A stretch of 64,000 nt of DNA from contig CALVLA010000001.1 of NCBI GenBank assembly GCA_944336125.1, forward strand, positions 162,516 to 226,515, read 5' to 3'. The DNA is from an uncultured Clostridia bacterium (lineage in GTDB: Bacteria > Bacillota > Clostridia > Christensenellales > CAG-314). A program made the position numbers and the translations under genes. The first letter of the stretch is position 1. Every line of letters starts with the position of its first letter. Below, one piece after another: positions 29,379 through 39,215 of the stretch. A model generated the notes under the pieces. The model saw only the letters and a list, made by a program, of their open reading frames with translations, was not told the DNA's origin and made no database searches.

Positions 29379-30752
29379 ATGAATAAGACCATGGATTTAA
29401 CAAAAGGAAAGCCGTTTAAACTGATTTTCCTTTTTTCTTTGCCGATATTGCTTTCGACGTTTTTGCAGCAGGCGTACAACCTGGTGGACGCGGTAATCGT
29501 CGGACAGTTTTTGGACAGCAACTATTTCGGTGCGGTAAGCGCTTCAAACACGCTTATGCAGCTTTTTCTTGCGTTGATGACGGGTCTTGCCACAGGCGCC
29601 TCGGTAGTAGTGTCCCAGCTTTTCGGAGCTAGGAGATACAACGAGCTTAAACGCGCGGTATCCACAATACTCATCAGCATGCTGAGTTTCACGGTTCTTT
29701 TGTCGGCAATAGGTTTTATATTCACAAAAGACCTTTTGAGGATGATGAACGTAGTTCCCGAATACCTTGACGCGGCGTCGGAATACCTTCGCATCATCTT
29801 TTTGGGACTTATCGCCATGATGGCGTACAACCTTTACTCGGGGATGCTAAGAGGCGTAGGAAACAGCAAAGCGCCCCTTTACTTTTTGATTGTGTCCACA
29901 ATCATCAACATAGTACTCGACTTGTGGTTTGTGGGCATTTGGGGAGTCAGAGGCATAGCGATAGCCACGGTAACGGCAAACGTAATTTCGGCTTTGCTTT
30001 GCGTGTTTTACACCAAAAAGAAAGTGTCCGCCCTTCACGTCACTCACAAGGAAATCAAATTTGACAAATCACTTTTCAAAAAGGTGATTATGACGGGTCT
30101 TCCGCCTGCCTTGGAACAGATGTGCATGTACGTTTCCATTTTGCTTTTGCAAATCATAGTAAGCTCCTTTGACATAGGCACGGGACAGACGATACACCTT
30201 TCGGGCTACGGCGTCGGAAACAGAATAATCGACTTTTTGCACCTGCCGCTATTTGCGATAGGCAACGCGCTTTCGGCATACGCGGCGCAAAACAGAGGCG
30301 CGGGCGAAACCGAAAGAGTCAAAAAAGGCTACTGGGCGGGACTTTTGCTTACCGCAATTATGCTGTGCTTCACGGTAATTCCGGGTCTGATTTTTTCGGA
30401 GCAGCTCATCGGTCTTATCATCAACGTGGACGGCGGAGCCACAACCGCCGAAGTCGTCAAGGTCGCGAAGGAATTCATTTTCGCGCTCAACCCGTTCTGT
30501 CTTATACTTGCGCTGCAATACTGCACAAACTGTACGCTAAGAGGCGCGGGCGACGTGCTGGTACCGTTTTTGAACCTTATCACCGCCATGGTGATAAGGA
30601 CTATGCTTGCCTACATACTTTTCTGGTCGACGGGGCAATACATATTCGCCTTTTACGCCTTCCCGTTCAGCTGGTTCATAAGCGGCATTTGGGCATTCGT
30701 AAGGTTTTTAAGAGGAAAATGGCAGGACAAACATCTTTTGGAAAAAATTTAG
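29379..30752 (+). CDS. MATE family efflux transporter
   Basis: DLTKG..P, QQAYNLVD, RGVGNSKAPL and NIVLDL motifs; about 12 TM. Confidence 0.92.
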   Translation: MNKTMDLTKGKPFKLIFLFSLPILLSTFLQQAYNLVDAVIVGQFLDSNYFGAVSASNTLMQLFLALMTGLATGASVVVSQLFGARRYNELKRAVSTILISMLSFTVLLSAIGFIFTKDLLRMMNVVPEYLDAASEYLRIIFLGLIAMMAYNLYSGMLRGVGNSKAPLYFLIVSTIINIVLDLWFVGIWGVRGIAIATVTANVISALLCVFYTKKKVSALHVTHKEIKFDKSLFKKVIMTGLPPALEQMCMYVSILLLQIIVSSFDIGTGQTIHLSGYGVGNRIIDFLHLPLFAIGNALSAYAAQNRGAGETERVKKGYWAGLLLTAIMLCFTVIPGLIFSEQLIGLIINVDGGATTAEVVKVAKEFIFALNPFCLILALQYCTNCTLRGAGDVLVPFLNLITAMVIRTMLAYILFWSTGQYIFAFYAFPFSWFISGIWAFVRFLRGKWQDKHLLEKI

Positions 30753-30765
30753 ACGGGAGGTCAAA

Positions 30766-31296
30766 ATGAGACTGTTTGTGGGAATAAATTTTGAAGACAA
30801 ACAACAAAATCAGCTGTTAAAAATGCAGGCGGCTTTTTTGCCTCACATGACAAACGGCAGGCAAACCCCCGTCGAAAACCTGCATTGCACCCTCTTGTTT
30901 TTGGGTGACACCGATTCGGACAAACTCGGAGAAATCACCAAAAAACTGGCTGAAACGGCAAAACGACACTCTCCTTTTCTCACGGGATTTTGGGACACGG
31001 CGCACTTTGCCAACGGCTGCACTGTGGTAAAACTCAAATGCGACAAAAAATTTGCCGCCTTGCAAAGCGACATTGAAAATACGCTTGACACAAAACAAAA
31101 CGAAAAAGGCAAATTTCTGCCCCACGTCACTCTTTTGCGAAAATCGGTTTTCGACATGCCTTTCCGCGAGGTGAAAAAAAACGTGCCGATATTCAACGTT
31201 CCCTTCGAAGTCAGGGATTTCACTCTTTTTTTGAGCGAATTTACCCCCGACGGAATGGTTTACACACCTCTCACCTTTTTTAAACTGGGCGTATAA
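30766..31296 (+). CDS. thpR: RNA 2',3'-cyclic phosphodiesterase (2H phosphoesterase)
   Basis: MRLFVGI, NLHCTL and PHVTL motifs. Confidence 0.85.
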   Translation: MRLFVGINFEDKQQNQLLKMQAAFLPHMTNGRQTPVENLHCTLLFLGDTDSDKLGEITKKLAETAKRHSPFLTGFWDTAHFANGCTVVKLKCDKKFAALQSDIENTLDTKQNEKGKFLPHVTLLRKSVFDMPFREVKKNVPIFNVPFEVRDFTLFLSEFTPDGMVYTPLTFFKLGV

Positions 31297-31337
31297 AAAA
31301 CAAAAATTACCGACACAATAATGGCGTGGAGGTAATT

Positions 31338-31478
31338 ATGAACAAAAAATCAAGAAAATCAACTCACACAAAAATCGACACTCTGCCGCAAAACCCCAAT
31401 TTCTGCATGATTGTTCCCGATGCCGACGAACTGTGGGATGACAGCGACAGCAACGTGGTATCTACGGGGATGTCGTGA
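31338..31478 (+). CDS. 46-aa small protein, probably forespore (SigG) expressed
   Basis: GGAGG SD 5 nt before ATG; MNKKSRKSTHTKIDTLPQNPNFCMIVPDADELWDDSDSNVVSTGMS; upstream GTATA-18-CACAATA; followed by a terminator. Confidence 0.6.
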   Translation: MNKKSRKSTHTKIDTLPQNPNFCMIVPDADELWDDSDSNVVSTGMS

Positions 31479-31549
31479 ACAAAGCAACAAAAAGCAAACA
31501 AAAAAACACCGCGTAAGCGGTGTTTTTCGTTTATAAGGTTAATCCGAAA

Positions 31550-31918
31550 TTATTCGCAGATAGCTTCATAAGCTGCAGCATCCATGAGGTCGCCCTTTTC
31601 GGTAACTTCGATTTCGCAAAGCCAAGCAGCGTAAGCGTCTTCGTTGATAGCGTTAGGAGCGTCTTCAAGCTCGCTGTTTACAGCGATAACTTTACCCGAA
31701 ACAGGGCTCATGATTTCAGTAACGGCTTTGAGAGATTCGAGTTCGCAAAGTTTTTCGCCTGCTTTAACTTCAGCGCCAACTTCAGGGAAGTTTACGAAAA
31801 CGATTTCGCCGAGACCGTCTTGTCTGTAATCGGAAATACCTACTTTAGCGGTATTACCTTGGATGTCACACCATTCGTGAGTGCTAGCATACAACAAATT
31901 TTCTTTAACGATAGCCAT
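31550..31918 (-). CDS. gcvH: Glycine cleavage system H protein (lipoyl carrier)
   Basis: THEW, GISDY..LGEIVFV, lipoyl-Lys motif LESLKAV, SPVSG. Confidence 0.9.
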   Translation of the reverse strand: MAIVKENLLYASTHEWCDIQGNTAKVGISDYRQDGLGEIVFVNFPEVGAEVKAGEKLCELESLKAVTEIMSPVSGKVIAVNSELEDAPNAINEDAYAAWLCEIEVTEKGDLMDAAAYEAICE

Positions 31919-31995
31919 AATAACCTCCTAAGACACGGAGTCTTAAATCTTTTTTAAATTATATTGCAAAGTCACCTTAAAGTCAACACAATGCG

Positions 31996-33396
31996 TTAAT
32001 TTTTGCGTACAGGCGCGCTGTGGATTGACATACCTTCGCTGGCTTCGACGCTTTCAAGAACGCCTTCGACAACGGTTGGGTGAGGGTGAATTGTTTTGAG
32101 GAATTCTTCTCTGGTCATGCCGGTAGCGACGCAAACGGCAAGTTCGCCTACGATATCGGTAGCCCTGTTGCAGAAGAGAGCCGCGCCCACCATTTTGCCT
32201 GTGGATTTTTCAAACAAAGTTTTAACAAAGCCGCCGTCGCCTACGATCATGGATTTGCCGTTGCCCGCCATGTTGTATTTGCCGACTTCGACTTCAATGC
32301 CTTTTTCGGCGCATTCTTCTTCGGTGAGACCGACGTTAGCGATTTCAGGAGAAGTGTAAATGCAAGCAGGGCACGCAGCGAGGTTGTAAGGTCTTTCTTT
32401 GCCTGCGATGTCGGCAACAACGTTGCAGCCTTGAGCGGAAGCCCAGTGAGCGAGCTGAATTTCGCCGCCGAGGCAGTCGCCGATAGCGTAAATGTTGTCG
32501 GCGGAAGTTTTGAGGTTTTCGTCAACGACGATTTTGCCGTCTTTAACTTCGACGCCTGCGTTTTCAGGTTTAAGACCTTCGAGGTAAGGGCTTCTGCCGA
32601 TACAAGCGATAAGCATTTCGGTATCGATTGAATCAACGCCGTCAGGAGTAGTAAAGAACACTCTTACGCCGCCGTCGATTTTTTGAACTTCCTTCATCCT
32701 TGATTTGTAAAGAATTTTGATGCCTTTGCGTTTCATGGTCATACCCAGCTGAACGCCGAGGTCTCTGTCTGTTTTAGGGATGAGGTGATCGCGGGTAGCG
32801 ATGATGGTAACGTTTTTGCCGAGAGCGTGCATGATTGTAGCGAATTCTACGCCGATAACGCTTGCGCCGGCAATAGCGACGTTTTGAGGAATTTCAAGAT
32901 GTTTTTCAAGGATATCGTCGCTGTCCATAGCGAGTTCGAGGCCAGGGAAGTGAGGGTTTCTTACTTCGGAACCGACTGCGATGATGATGTATTTAGCGGA
33001 GATGTTTTCCTCGCCGCTTTCGCTTGAAACGCAAACGGTGTTTTTATCCACGAAGGAGCCGTGACCGCGATAAAGGTCGATGCCGTTGCCTTTGAAAAGC
33101 ATTTCAACGCCGCCGCGGAGCTTTTTAACGATGTCGTCCCTGCGTTTGTAAACAGCCTGAATGTCGTAGGAAACGTTTTCGCAGGAAAGTCCGAGTTTGG
33201 AAGCGTTTCTCATTTCTTCGAGAACTTCGCCTGCGTGAAGAAGAGCTTTTGTCGGAATGCAGCCTCTGTTAAGGCAAGTGCCGCCGACGGTGTTCCTTTC
33301 GACAACAGCGACTTTCATACCGAGCTGAGCAGCTCTGATTGCCGCAACATAGCCGCCGGGACCTGCGCCGATGACTATCAAATCATACTGATTCAT
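31996..33396 (-). CDS. lpdA: Dihydrolipoamide dehydrogenase
   Basis: GAGPGGY, GGTCLNRGCIPTK and HPHPT motifs. Confidence 0.93.
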   Translation of the reverse strand: MNQYDLIVIGAGPGGYVAAIRAAQLGMKVAVVERNTVGGTCLNRGCIPTKALLHAGEVLEEMRNASKLGLSCENVSYDIQAVYKRRDDIVKKLRGGVEMLFKGNGIDLYRGHGSFVDKNTVCVSSESGEENISAKYIIIAVGSEVRNPHFPGLELAMDSDDILEKHLEIPQNVAIAGASVIGVEFATIMHALGKNVTIIATRDHLIPKTDRDLGVQLGMTMKRKGIKILYKSRMKEVQKIDGGVRVFFTTPDGVDSIDTEMLIACIGRSPYLEGLKPENAGVEVKDGKIVVDENLKTSADNIYAIGDCLGGEIQLAHWASAQGCNVVADIAGKERPYNLAACPACIYTSPEIANVGLTEEECAEKGIEVEVGKYNMAGNGKSMIVGDGGFVKTLFEKSTGKMVGAALFCNRATDIVGELAVCVATGMTREEFLKTIHPHPTVVEGVLESVEASEGMSIHSAPVRKN

Positions 33397-33484
33397 AAAA
33401 ATTCCTCCTTAATATCCAATGGATTAAGTTTAGTTAAATAAATTTGTCATTGCGTTATTTCAACCGACTTTAAGTCGGAAAAAA

Positions 33485-34447
33485 TCAAAAAAGCGAAACA
33501 GCGTCGGAAAGTATTTTGTTGTCGTTACCTTCGACAAGCTGTTTGAGATGCGCAAGAGGTTTACCAAGCAAAAAGGCCTTTGTCTGCTCTACCGCCTCTG
33601 CGTCCAAAGCGTCGGAAAAAACCTCGACGTTTGTAATCACGCCTTTTTCGGAGGAAAAACAAATTTCGATTTCACCCCAGTCGAAACGCTTTTTGAGGCT
33701 GTTTTCGAAGGACGGATTTTTTCCGAAGCGAAATTCGTCGTTTTGGAAAACCTCACGCTCAATTTCAAAAATCTTTTCGCAGTCAAGCTCGTCCTCGCGG
33801 ATAAGCTGAACCGGCAAATCAAAAATGTCGCCGAAACTTCTGAGAAGCAGCATTGCCATTTTGCCGGTGGTTAAGCTTTTATCAAGCTGTTTGAGGTTTA
33901 CCACCCTGCTTCTTACCGAATTGACGCCTTTCGACTTCATTTTTTCAACCGACACGGTGAGATACTTTTCCATTTCCGAAGAAGAAGTGTCGATAAGAAT
34001 TGTTCCGTTGTGAAGTTTGATGTCCCCTTTCGTCAAAAACGAATTGCCCGAAAACTTTTTGCCGTCTACGGTAATGTCGTTTCTGCCGTTTTGCTCGGCT
34101 TTGATTCCGCAACGCCTTACCGCGTGAAGCACAACCGCCATCTGCCTTGCGAGATCATAGTTGTCCTTGTGAGCGACAAAGGAAAAATTAAGGTTGTTTT
34201 TGTCGTGGTAAACGGCGCCGCCCCCCGTAAGACGTCTTACGAGATGACCGCCCTCGCTTTCAAGCAAGTCGACGCGGCATTCCTTAAAGGCGTTTTGATT
34301 TTTGCCGATTACTACCGTCCTGTCGTTTCGCCAAAGGTAAAGATACACTGTTTTGTCGTCGCACACGTCAAGCAGCCTTGCTTCAAGCGAAATGTTGTAA
34401 AAAGGGTCAACGCTGTCGGTGACAACGGCTTTAATACTGTTTATCAT
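33485..34447 (-). CDS. lplA: Lipoate-protein ligase A
   Basis: VVIGKNQN, RRLTGGGAVYHD, GRND, KFSGN and SVRSRV motifs; GAGG SD before ATG 34447. Confidence 0.92.
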   Translation of the reverse strand: MINSIKAVVTDSVDPFYNISLEARLLDVCDDKTVYLYLWRNDRTVVIGKNQNAFKECRVDLLESEGGHLVRRLTGGGAVYHDKNNLNFSFVAHKDNYDLARQMAVVLHAVRRCGIKAEQNGRNDITVDGKKFSGNSFLTKGDIKLHNGTILIDTSSSEMEKYLTVSVEKMKSKGVNSVRSRVVNLKQLDKSLTTGKMAMLLLRSFGDIFDLPVQLIREDELDCEKIFEIEREVFQNDEFRFGKNPSFENSLKKRFDWGEIEICFSSEKGVITNVEVFSDALDAEAVEQTKAFLLGKPLAHLKQLVEGNDNKILSDAVSLF

Positions 34448-34525
34448 CGCAAACCTCGTCAAATAATTATCGCAAATGAAAGACGAATTGTCAAATGCTA
34501 AACCCAAACAGACGAAATTTTAAAA

Positions 34526-35083
34526 TTATTTCGAGCTGCTGCCCATAACGGCAGAACTCTTTATTACCCCCACGCAATCGAGGTTGCGGTATTTTTCGGC
34601 ATAGTCAAGTCCGTAGCCTATGACAAACTCATCGGGGATTTCAAAGCATACGTAATCGGGTTTGATGTCTGCGGTACGCCTTGACGGCTTGTCGAGAAGG
34701 CAGCAAATTTTGACGTCGCTTGCGCCTCTTGCCGACAAAAGCTTCCTGAGGTTGAAAAGAGTGTTTCCCGTGTCGACAATGTCTTCGACGATAATTACGT
34801 TTCTGCCGGTAAGGTCGATGCCTACGTCCTTTTCGATTTTAACTCTGCCGCTGCTTTGCGTGCTGTTGCCGTAACTCGATACCGACATAAATTCCATTTC
34901 GACGTCGATTGAAATTTCCCTGATAAGGTCGACAAAAAATACCGACGCCCCTTTCAGCACGCATATGAGAAGAGGATTTTTCCCTTCGTAGTCGGCGGAA
35001 ATCTGTTTTGCCACTTCAGCGACTTTTTCGCTTATTTCTTCCTTTGAAAAAAGTACCTTTTCCATGTCGACGTGAGTTTTCAT
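34526..35083 (-). CDS. hpt: Hypoxanthine phosphoribosyltransferase
   Basis: VLKGA, VSSYG, VEDIVDTG and FVIGYGLDY motifs. Confidence 0.95.
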   Translation of the reverse strand: MKTHVDMEKVLFSKEEISEKVAEVAKQISADYEGKNPLLICVLKGASVFFVDLIREISIDVEMEFMSVSSYGNSTQSSGRVKIEKDVGIDLTGRNVIIVEDIVDTGNTLFNLRKLLSARGASDVKICCLLDKPSRRTADIKPDYVCFEIPDEFVIGYGLDYAEKYRNLDCVGVIKSSAVMGSSSK

Positions 35084-36372
35084 AAGTTTTTCTCCTGTAC
35101 GATTTCTTTTATGCTCAAAATGTTTTTGCTTTTTTTGTCCACTTTGACGTCGTCGCTTATCTCGACGCCGACAACGATAAACACTTCGCTTCCCTTTGCC
35201 AAAAGGACAAGCGCGTCACGCTCTCTCGCGGGGATTTTTTTGTCAATCAAAAAGTCCTTGAGTTTTTTCCTTCCGCCGCCGAACTTTCTGAAAAAGTCCC
35301 CGTCACGCCTGTGCCTCAACACGCAGCCGTCCGGCAGTTTGTCGCCGTCGTAGTAAAGACCTCCGTCCAAAAGCGACCGGGATACCTCAATCTCTCGCCC
35401 GTCGAAAAAAACCGTCTCGTTTTTAAACTCGGTTTCGCAGTTGTTTTTTTCCTTTTCATCTCCACGCAAAAAGGTTATGCCGTCATAATCCTTAAAAACC
35501 TTTATGCCGTAAGGCAAATCAAGCCTGCTGCCGCTTTCGCCCTTTTCGGCAAGCGCGGCAACGCTTTTTACGTGTCTGTTTTCTATGTCAAAGTCAACCC
35601 CGAGTTTTGACGCCGCGTTGAAAATACACTTTGCCGCCAGAGCTTCCCCTTTGTCAAAAGCGGAAAAAGAAATTTTTACTTTGCCCTTTTCCTCTTCCAA
35701 ATTTATTTTGTCGGCTTCCCTCTCGATAAATTCCACGTCGCCCAAAACGTTTTCGCCAAAACGGCACACGTTTTCAATGGCTTTGGGGTTTATTTTTTTG
35801 AGTTCCTCAAAAACTACGTTCCTTAAAAAGTTGCGCGTTTTGTCGTTTTCGAAGTTGGTTTTGTCCACAACGTACTTTAAGCCCTTTTCGGCGGCGTATC
35901 TTTCAATATCCTCTTTGGGCGTGTCCAAAAACGGCCGCACGTATCTGCCGTTTACTCGGCGCATACCTACCGCGCCCTTCGAGCCGCTTCCGCGAAGTAT
36001 ATGCATGAGTATGCTTTCTGCCTGATCCGACATGTGGTGTGCCAGCGCGATATAGTCGCAGTCCACATTTTCAAAACAGCCGTACCTCAAAACCCTCGCC
36101 GCAGTTTCCTCCGAAAGACCGTTTTCTTCGGCGTATGTCAATGCATCCACTTTAAAAGGAAAAAAGGGCAGTCCGTAAAAAGCCGCAAGTTCTTTTACGA
36201 ACAGACTGTCCGAAGCCGACTCTTCCCTTATGCAATGGTCTACGTTTACCACCGACAAGGTCACGTCAAGCCCTTTTGTCTCTTTGACAAGCCTGTCCAA
36301 AAGCACTACCGAGTCAATTCCGCCCGAAACGGCGACAGCCACCTTTTTTCCCTTGAAAATTTCTACAAACAT
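35080..36372 (-). CDS. tilS: tRNA(Ile)-lysidine synthase
   Basis: VAVSGGIDS, ARVLRY, AHHMSDQAE and RPFL motifs; spoIIE-tilS-hpt synteny. Confidence 0.93.
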   Translation of the reverse strand: MFVEIFKGKKVAVAVSGGIDSVVLLDRLVKETKGLDVTLSVVNVDHCIREESASDSLFVKELAAFYGLPFFPFKVDALTYAEENGLSEETAARVLRYGCFENVDCDYIALAHHMSDQAESILMHILRGSGSKGAVGMRRVNGRYVRPFLDTPKEDIERYAAEKGLKYVVDKTNFENDKTRNFLRNVVFEELKKINPKAIENVCRFGENVLGDVEFIEREADKINLEEEKGKVKISFSAFDKGEALAAKCIFNAASKLGVDFDIENRHVKSVAALAEKGESGSRLDLPYGIKVFKDYDGITFLRGDEKEKNNCETEFKNETVFFDGREIEVSRSLLDGGLYYDGDKLPDGCVLRHRRDGDFFRKFGGGRKKLKDFLIDKKIPARERDALVLLAKGSEVFIVVGVEISDDVKVDKKSKNILSIKEIVQEKNL

Positions 36373-36439
36373 ATATTTCAGTTTAACATACCGCCGAAAA
36401 ATATTCAAGATTAAAAAACAAAAGGTCGGCAAAACCGAC

Positions 36440-38734
36440 CTAGTTGAGTTTACTGTCTTTTTCGAATATCTGAGCCACAATCACAGTCATGTCGTCCTCG
36501 GGACAGCCGCCGTTTTTCTTGACCGCGTCCCCCAAGATAATGTCCGCCATTTCCTGCGGGGTTTTCATTATCTGGTCGCTTATCTCTATAGCGAGGTTTT
36601 CCTTTCCCCCAAAAGCGTCGGTAACGCCGTCGGAAGTCATTATCACCATGTCGCCGTCGGACAAGGCTTTTTTTGTTATGCAGGGTTTCATCTCTTCAAG
36701 CACCCCGAGCGGCAACGCCCCCGCCGACACAATTTCCACGTTGTCGCGGCTTTTCACAAATCCGCATGGCGCGCCTATTTTTATGAAGTCGCAAATGCCC
36801 TCCTCAAGGTTCATGACAGTTATGTCCACCGCCGTAAACACCTCTTCCTGCGACAGCGACAAAAGCTTGTTTACGCTTGTCAAAATGGTTTCGTTGTCAA
36901 ACCCCGCCTTGTAAAAGTTTTCGATAAGAGATATCGAAGTGGATGACGCCCTCTCGGCAACTTCGCCGCTTCCCATGCCGTCGCAAAGCCCCAGCAAAAA
37001 CCTCCTTTCGTCTATACGCAAAAAGGTGTGGGTGTCCCCCGAAACTTCGCTTCCGCTTTTTTTGATTCCGGAAAATCCGAAAATCACGTCGTACTTAGGC
37101 GCCTCGACAAATGTCAAAACAATCCAGTTTTTGTTGGGCGTCGCCTGCGTTTCGCAAAGCATCATTTTTTTGCCGCATACCTGCGATACGATTTCTCCCA
37201 CTTTTTCCTTTTTGCCGTCGTTTGTTTCCACCACCAGCGTAACGCTTTCTCTCTCGTCGTCTGCCGAAACAACCGCTTCCTTAATGAGAATTCCCTCGTA
37301 TGTCAGCTTTTCGAAAAGCAGCCGCTCCTTTTCGGTGTCAAACTTGGACTGCATTTTGGAAATTTCCGAAAGGTTTTTCATTATGTTTGAAACACCTGCC
37401 AGCTGCTCGCCTATGAGCAACCTGCTGTTGTCGTTGTTTGTAGTCACGGTGTAATAATGTTTGTACTGCTCGACGCTTTGGTTTACCGCCGAAAGCACCG
37501 CGTTAAGTCTTTTGCAACGTTGCGTCATAGAAGTCGGGAGGTCCAGAACTGTGGCTTTTCCCCTGTCCATCGCGCCGTCCATCATATTTATAAATGCGCT
37601 TTCCGTCTTTTCCATGTGAGTACGCCAGCAGACGTTTCTTTCCTGACAGTCGCGGCAGACGTTTTCGCTGACTTCGCGCGCAAGCATTATTTTGGCTTTG
37701 TCATGAGGCATAACGCCTTTTACCATGCTCAAAAAACTCAGCTTCATTTCAAAAAATATCTCGGACAAGTCGTAAAGCTTTCGCGACAAATCGGACTTGG
37801 TTCTGTTGACTATGCTTCTGACGGCATACTTTTCGCCGTTGCGCCCCATTTTGTCGCTCCACCTTTCGAGGTATGAAGCAGGAAGGCACAAAAACGCAAG
37901 GCAGCCCGAAATTACCGCCGCCGACGCGAGAACCGTGACGGAACTCACCTCAAAAAAATACTTCACGATAAAATCCGTCAAAGGCACCGACAAAACACAA
38001 AGCGGCTTTATGCTTTTGAAAGAAACCGCGGCAACCGCCCAAAGAGCAAAAACCGCAACGTCGGTAATGCTGCCGCTTCCGAAAGCGCTGCCGGCGCCCA
38101 AAAGCACCGACGTCATTATCGCGGTAAAGTCGCCGAATACGTAAAGGGATACAAGCATGGCAACAGGAGCCGCCAAACGCAATACGGGCAGTCCGTAAGG
38201 ATTTACGTTTGCCAGCCCCGTAGCCACACAAACTATAAAAACGGAAAGACAAATTTTCTCGTCGGTGTTAAGTTTATATTTAAGCCCCCTTATCACAACG
38301 CTTTTTATCGTAAAAAAGCTGACTGCGGCAAAGACAAAAGCCGCCAAAAAGGCAACAGCTTTTTTAATCGCGACTTCCGCCGCCGCCGTTTCATACACCA
38401 AAAAGAAAATCTGCCCCAAAAACAACAAGGCGAAAAAAAGCTTTTTCGTTGCTTTTTTCTTCGCAAGCCTTACGCCAAAAACCAAAAGGTCAACGACGGC
38501 AAGCGACACTATCGTCCAGAAAAACAGCGTTCTGCCGCAAAAAGTTCCGCTTAGCCCGTACGCAAGCGAAGCAGGCAAAAGCCCCGCTCCGCAAAAAAGC
38601 GACGAAACAAAAAAGCCGAAACACAATGCAAAGGAAAAATACTCCGACTCAACAAACCGTAGCGCCGAAAGCACCGCCGCTACCGCCAAAAACTTTAAAA
38701 ATTTTTTTCGGATATTATTGTTAAAAAAAGACAT
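36440..38734 (-). CDS. spoIIE: Stage II sporulation protein E (membrane PP2C phosphatase)
   Basis: N-terminal TM region, CxxCxxxxxCW, VSGD, CDGMGSG, TSDGV and DDMTV motifs; synteny with tilS-hpt. Confidence 0.9.
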   Translation of the reverse strand: MSFFNNNIRKKFLKFLAVAAVLSALRFVESEYFSFALCFGFFVSSLFCGAGLLPASLAYGLSGTFCGRTLFFWTIVSLAVVDLLVFGVRLAKKKATKKLFFALLFLGQIFFLVYETAAAEVAIKKAVAFLAAFVFAAVSFFTIKSVVIRGLKYKLNTDEKICLSVFIVCVATGLANVNPYGLPVLRLAAPVAMLVSLYVFGDFTAIMTSVLLGAGSAFGSGSITDVAVFALWAVAAVSFKSIKPLCVLSVPLTDFIVKYFFEVSSVTVLASAAVISGCLAFLCLPASYLERWSDKMGRNGEKYAVRSIVNRTKSDLSRKLYDLSEIFFEMKLSFLSMVKGVMPHDKAKIMLAREVSENVCRDCQERNVCWRTHMEKTESAFINMMDGAMDRGKATVLDLPTSMTQRCKRLNAVLSAVNQSVEQYKHYYTVTTNNDNSRLLIGEQLAGVSNIMKNLSEISKMQSKFDTEKERLLFEKLTYEGILIKEAVVSADDERESVTLVVETNDGKKEKVGEIVSQVCGKKMMLCETQATPNKNWIVLTFVEAPKYDVIFGFSGIKKSGSEVSGDTHTFLRIDERRFLLGLCDGMGSGEVAERASSTSISLIENFYKAGFDNETILTSVNKLLSLSQEEVFTAVDITVMNLEEGICDFIKIGAPCGFVKSRDNVEIVSAGALPLGVLEEMKPCITKKALSDGDMVIMTSDGVTDAFGGKENLAIEISDQIMKTPQEMADIILGDAVKKNGGCPEDDMTVIVAQIFEKDSKLN

Positions 38735-38890
38735 AAATCACCACAAAACAAAATTAACACCGAAATACCCACGAAAAAAAGAAAAAAACAGCGAAAAAGA
38801 AAATTAAAGGTAAGAAAAGAAATGAAAAAAAGTTGTGCAAATTGCTTGACAATTTAAAAGCGTGTTGATAGAATAACAAAGCATCAATGC

Positions 38891-38967
<77 letters not shown>

Positions 38968-38977
38968 TTATGAATAT

Positions 38978-39055
38978 GGCGGCGTAGCTTAGTTGGTCTA
39001 TAGCGGCCGGTTCATACCCGGCAGGTCGTTGGTTCGAATCCGACCGCCGCTACCA
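38978..39055 (+). tRNA. tRNA-Met (CAT), elongator
   Basis: GGCGGCGTAGC..GCCGG-TTCATAC-CCGGC..TTCGAAT..CGCCGCTACCA. Confidence 0.88.
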
Positions 39056-39061
39056 AAGCAA

Positions 39062-39136
39062 GGCCCCTTGGTCAAGCGGTCAAGACATCGCCCTTTCACG
39101 GCGGTAACGCGAGTTCGATTCTCGCAGGGGTCACCA
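39062..39136 (+). tRNA. tRNA-Glu (TTC)
   Basis: GGCCCCTTGGTCAAG..CTTTCAC loop..TTCGATT..GGGGTCACCA. Confidence 0.95.
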
Positions 39137-39139
39137 AAT

Positions 39140-39215
39140 GGGGAGTTAGCTCAGCTGGGAGAGCATCTGCCTTACAAGCAGGGGGTCACAGGTTCGAGCC
39201 CTGTACTCCCCACCA
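39140..39215 (+). tRNA. tRNA-Val (TAC)
   Basis: GGGGAGTTAGCTCAG..CTTACAA loop..TTCGAGC..ACTCCCCACCA. Confidence 0.95.

Noticed and set aside
31919-31995. Glycine riboswitch upstream of gcvH
   Set aside because: Intergenic region is too short and lacks the conserved aptamer motifs.
33425-33452. Rex-like operator upstream of lpdA (similar AT-rich tract upstream of the aconitase gene)
   Set aside because: Only one half-site resembles TTGTTAA; palindrome and spacing are poor.
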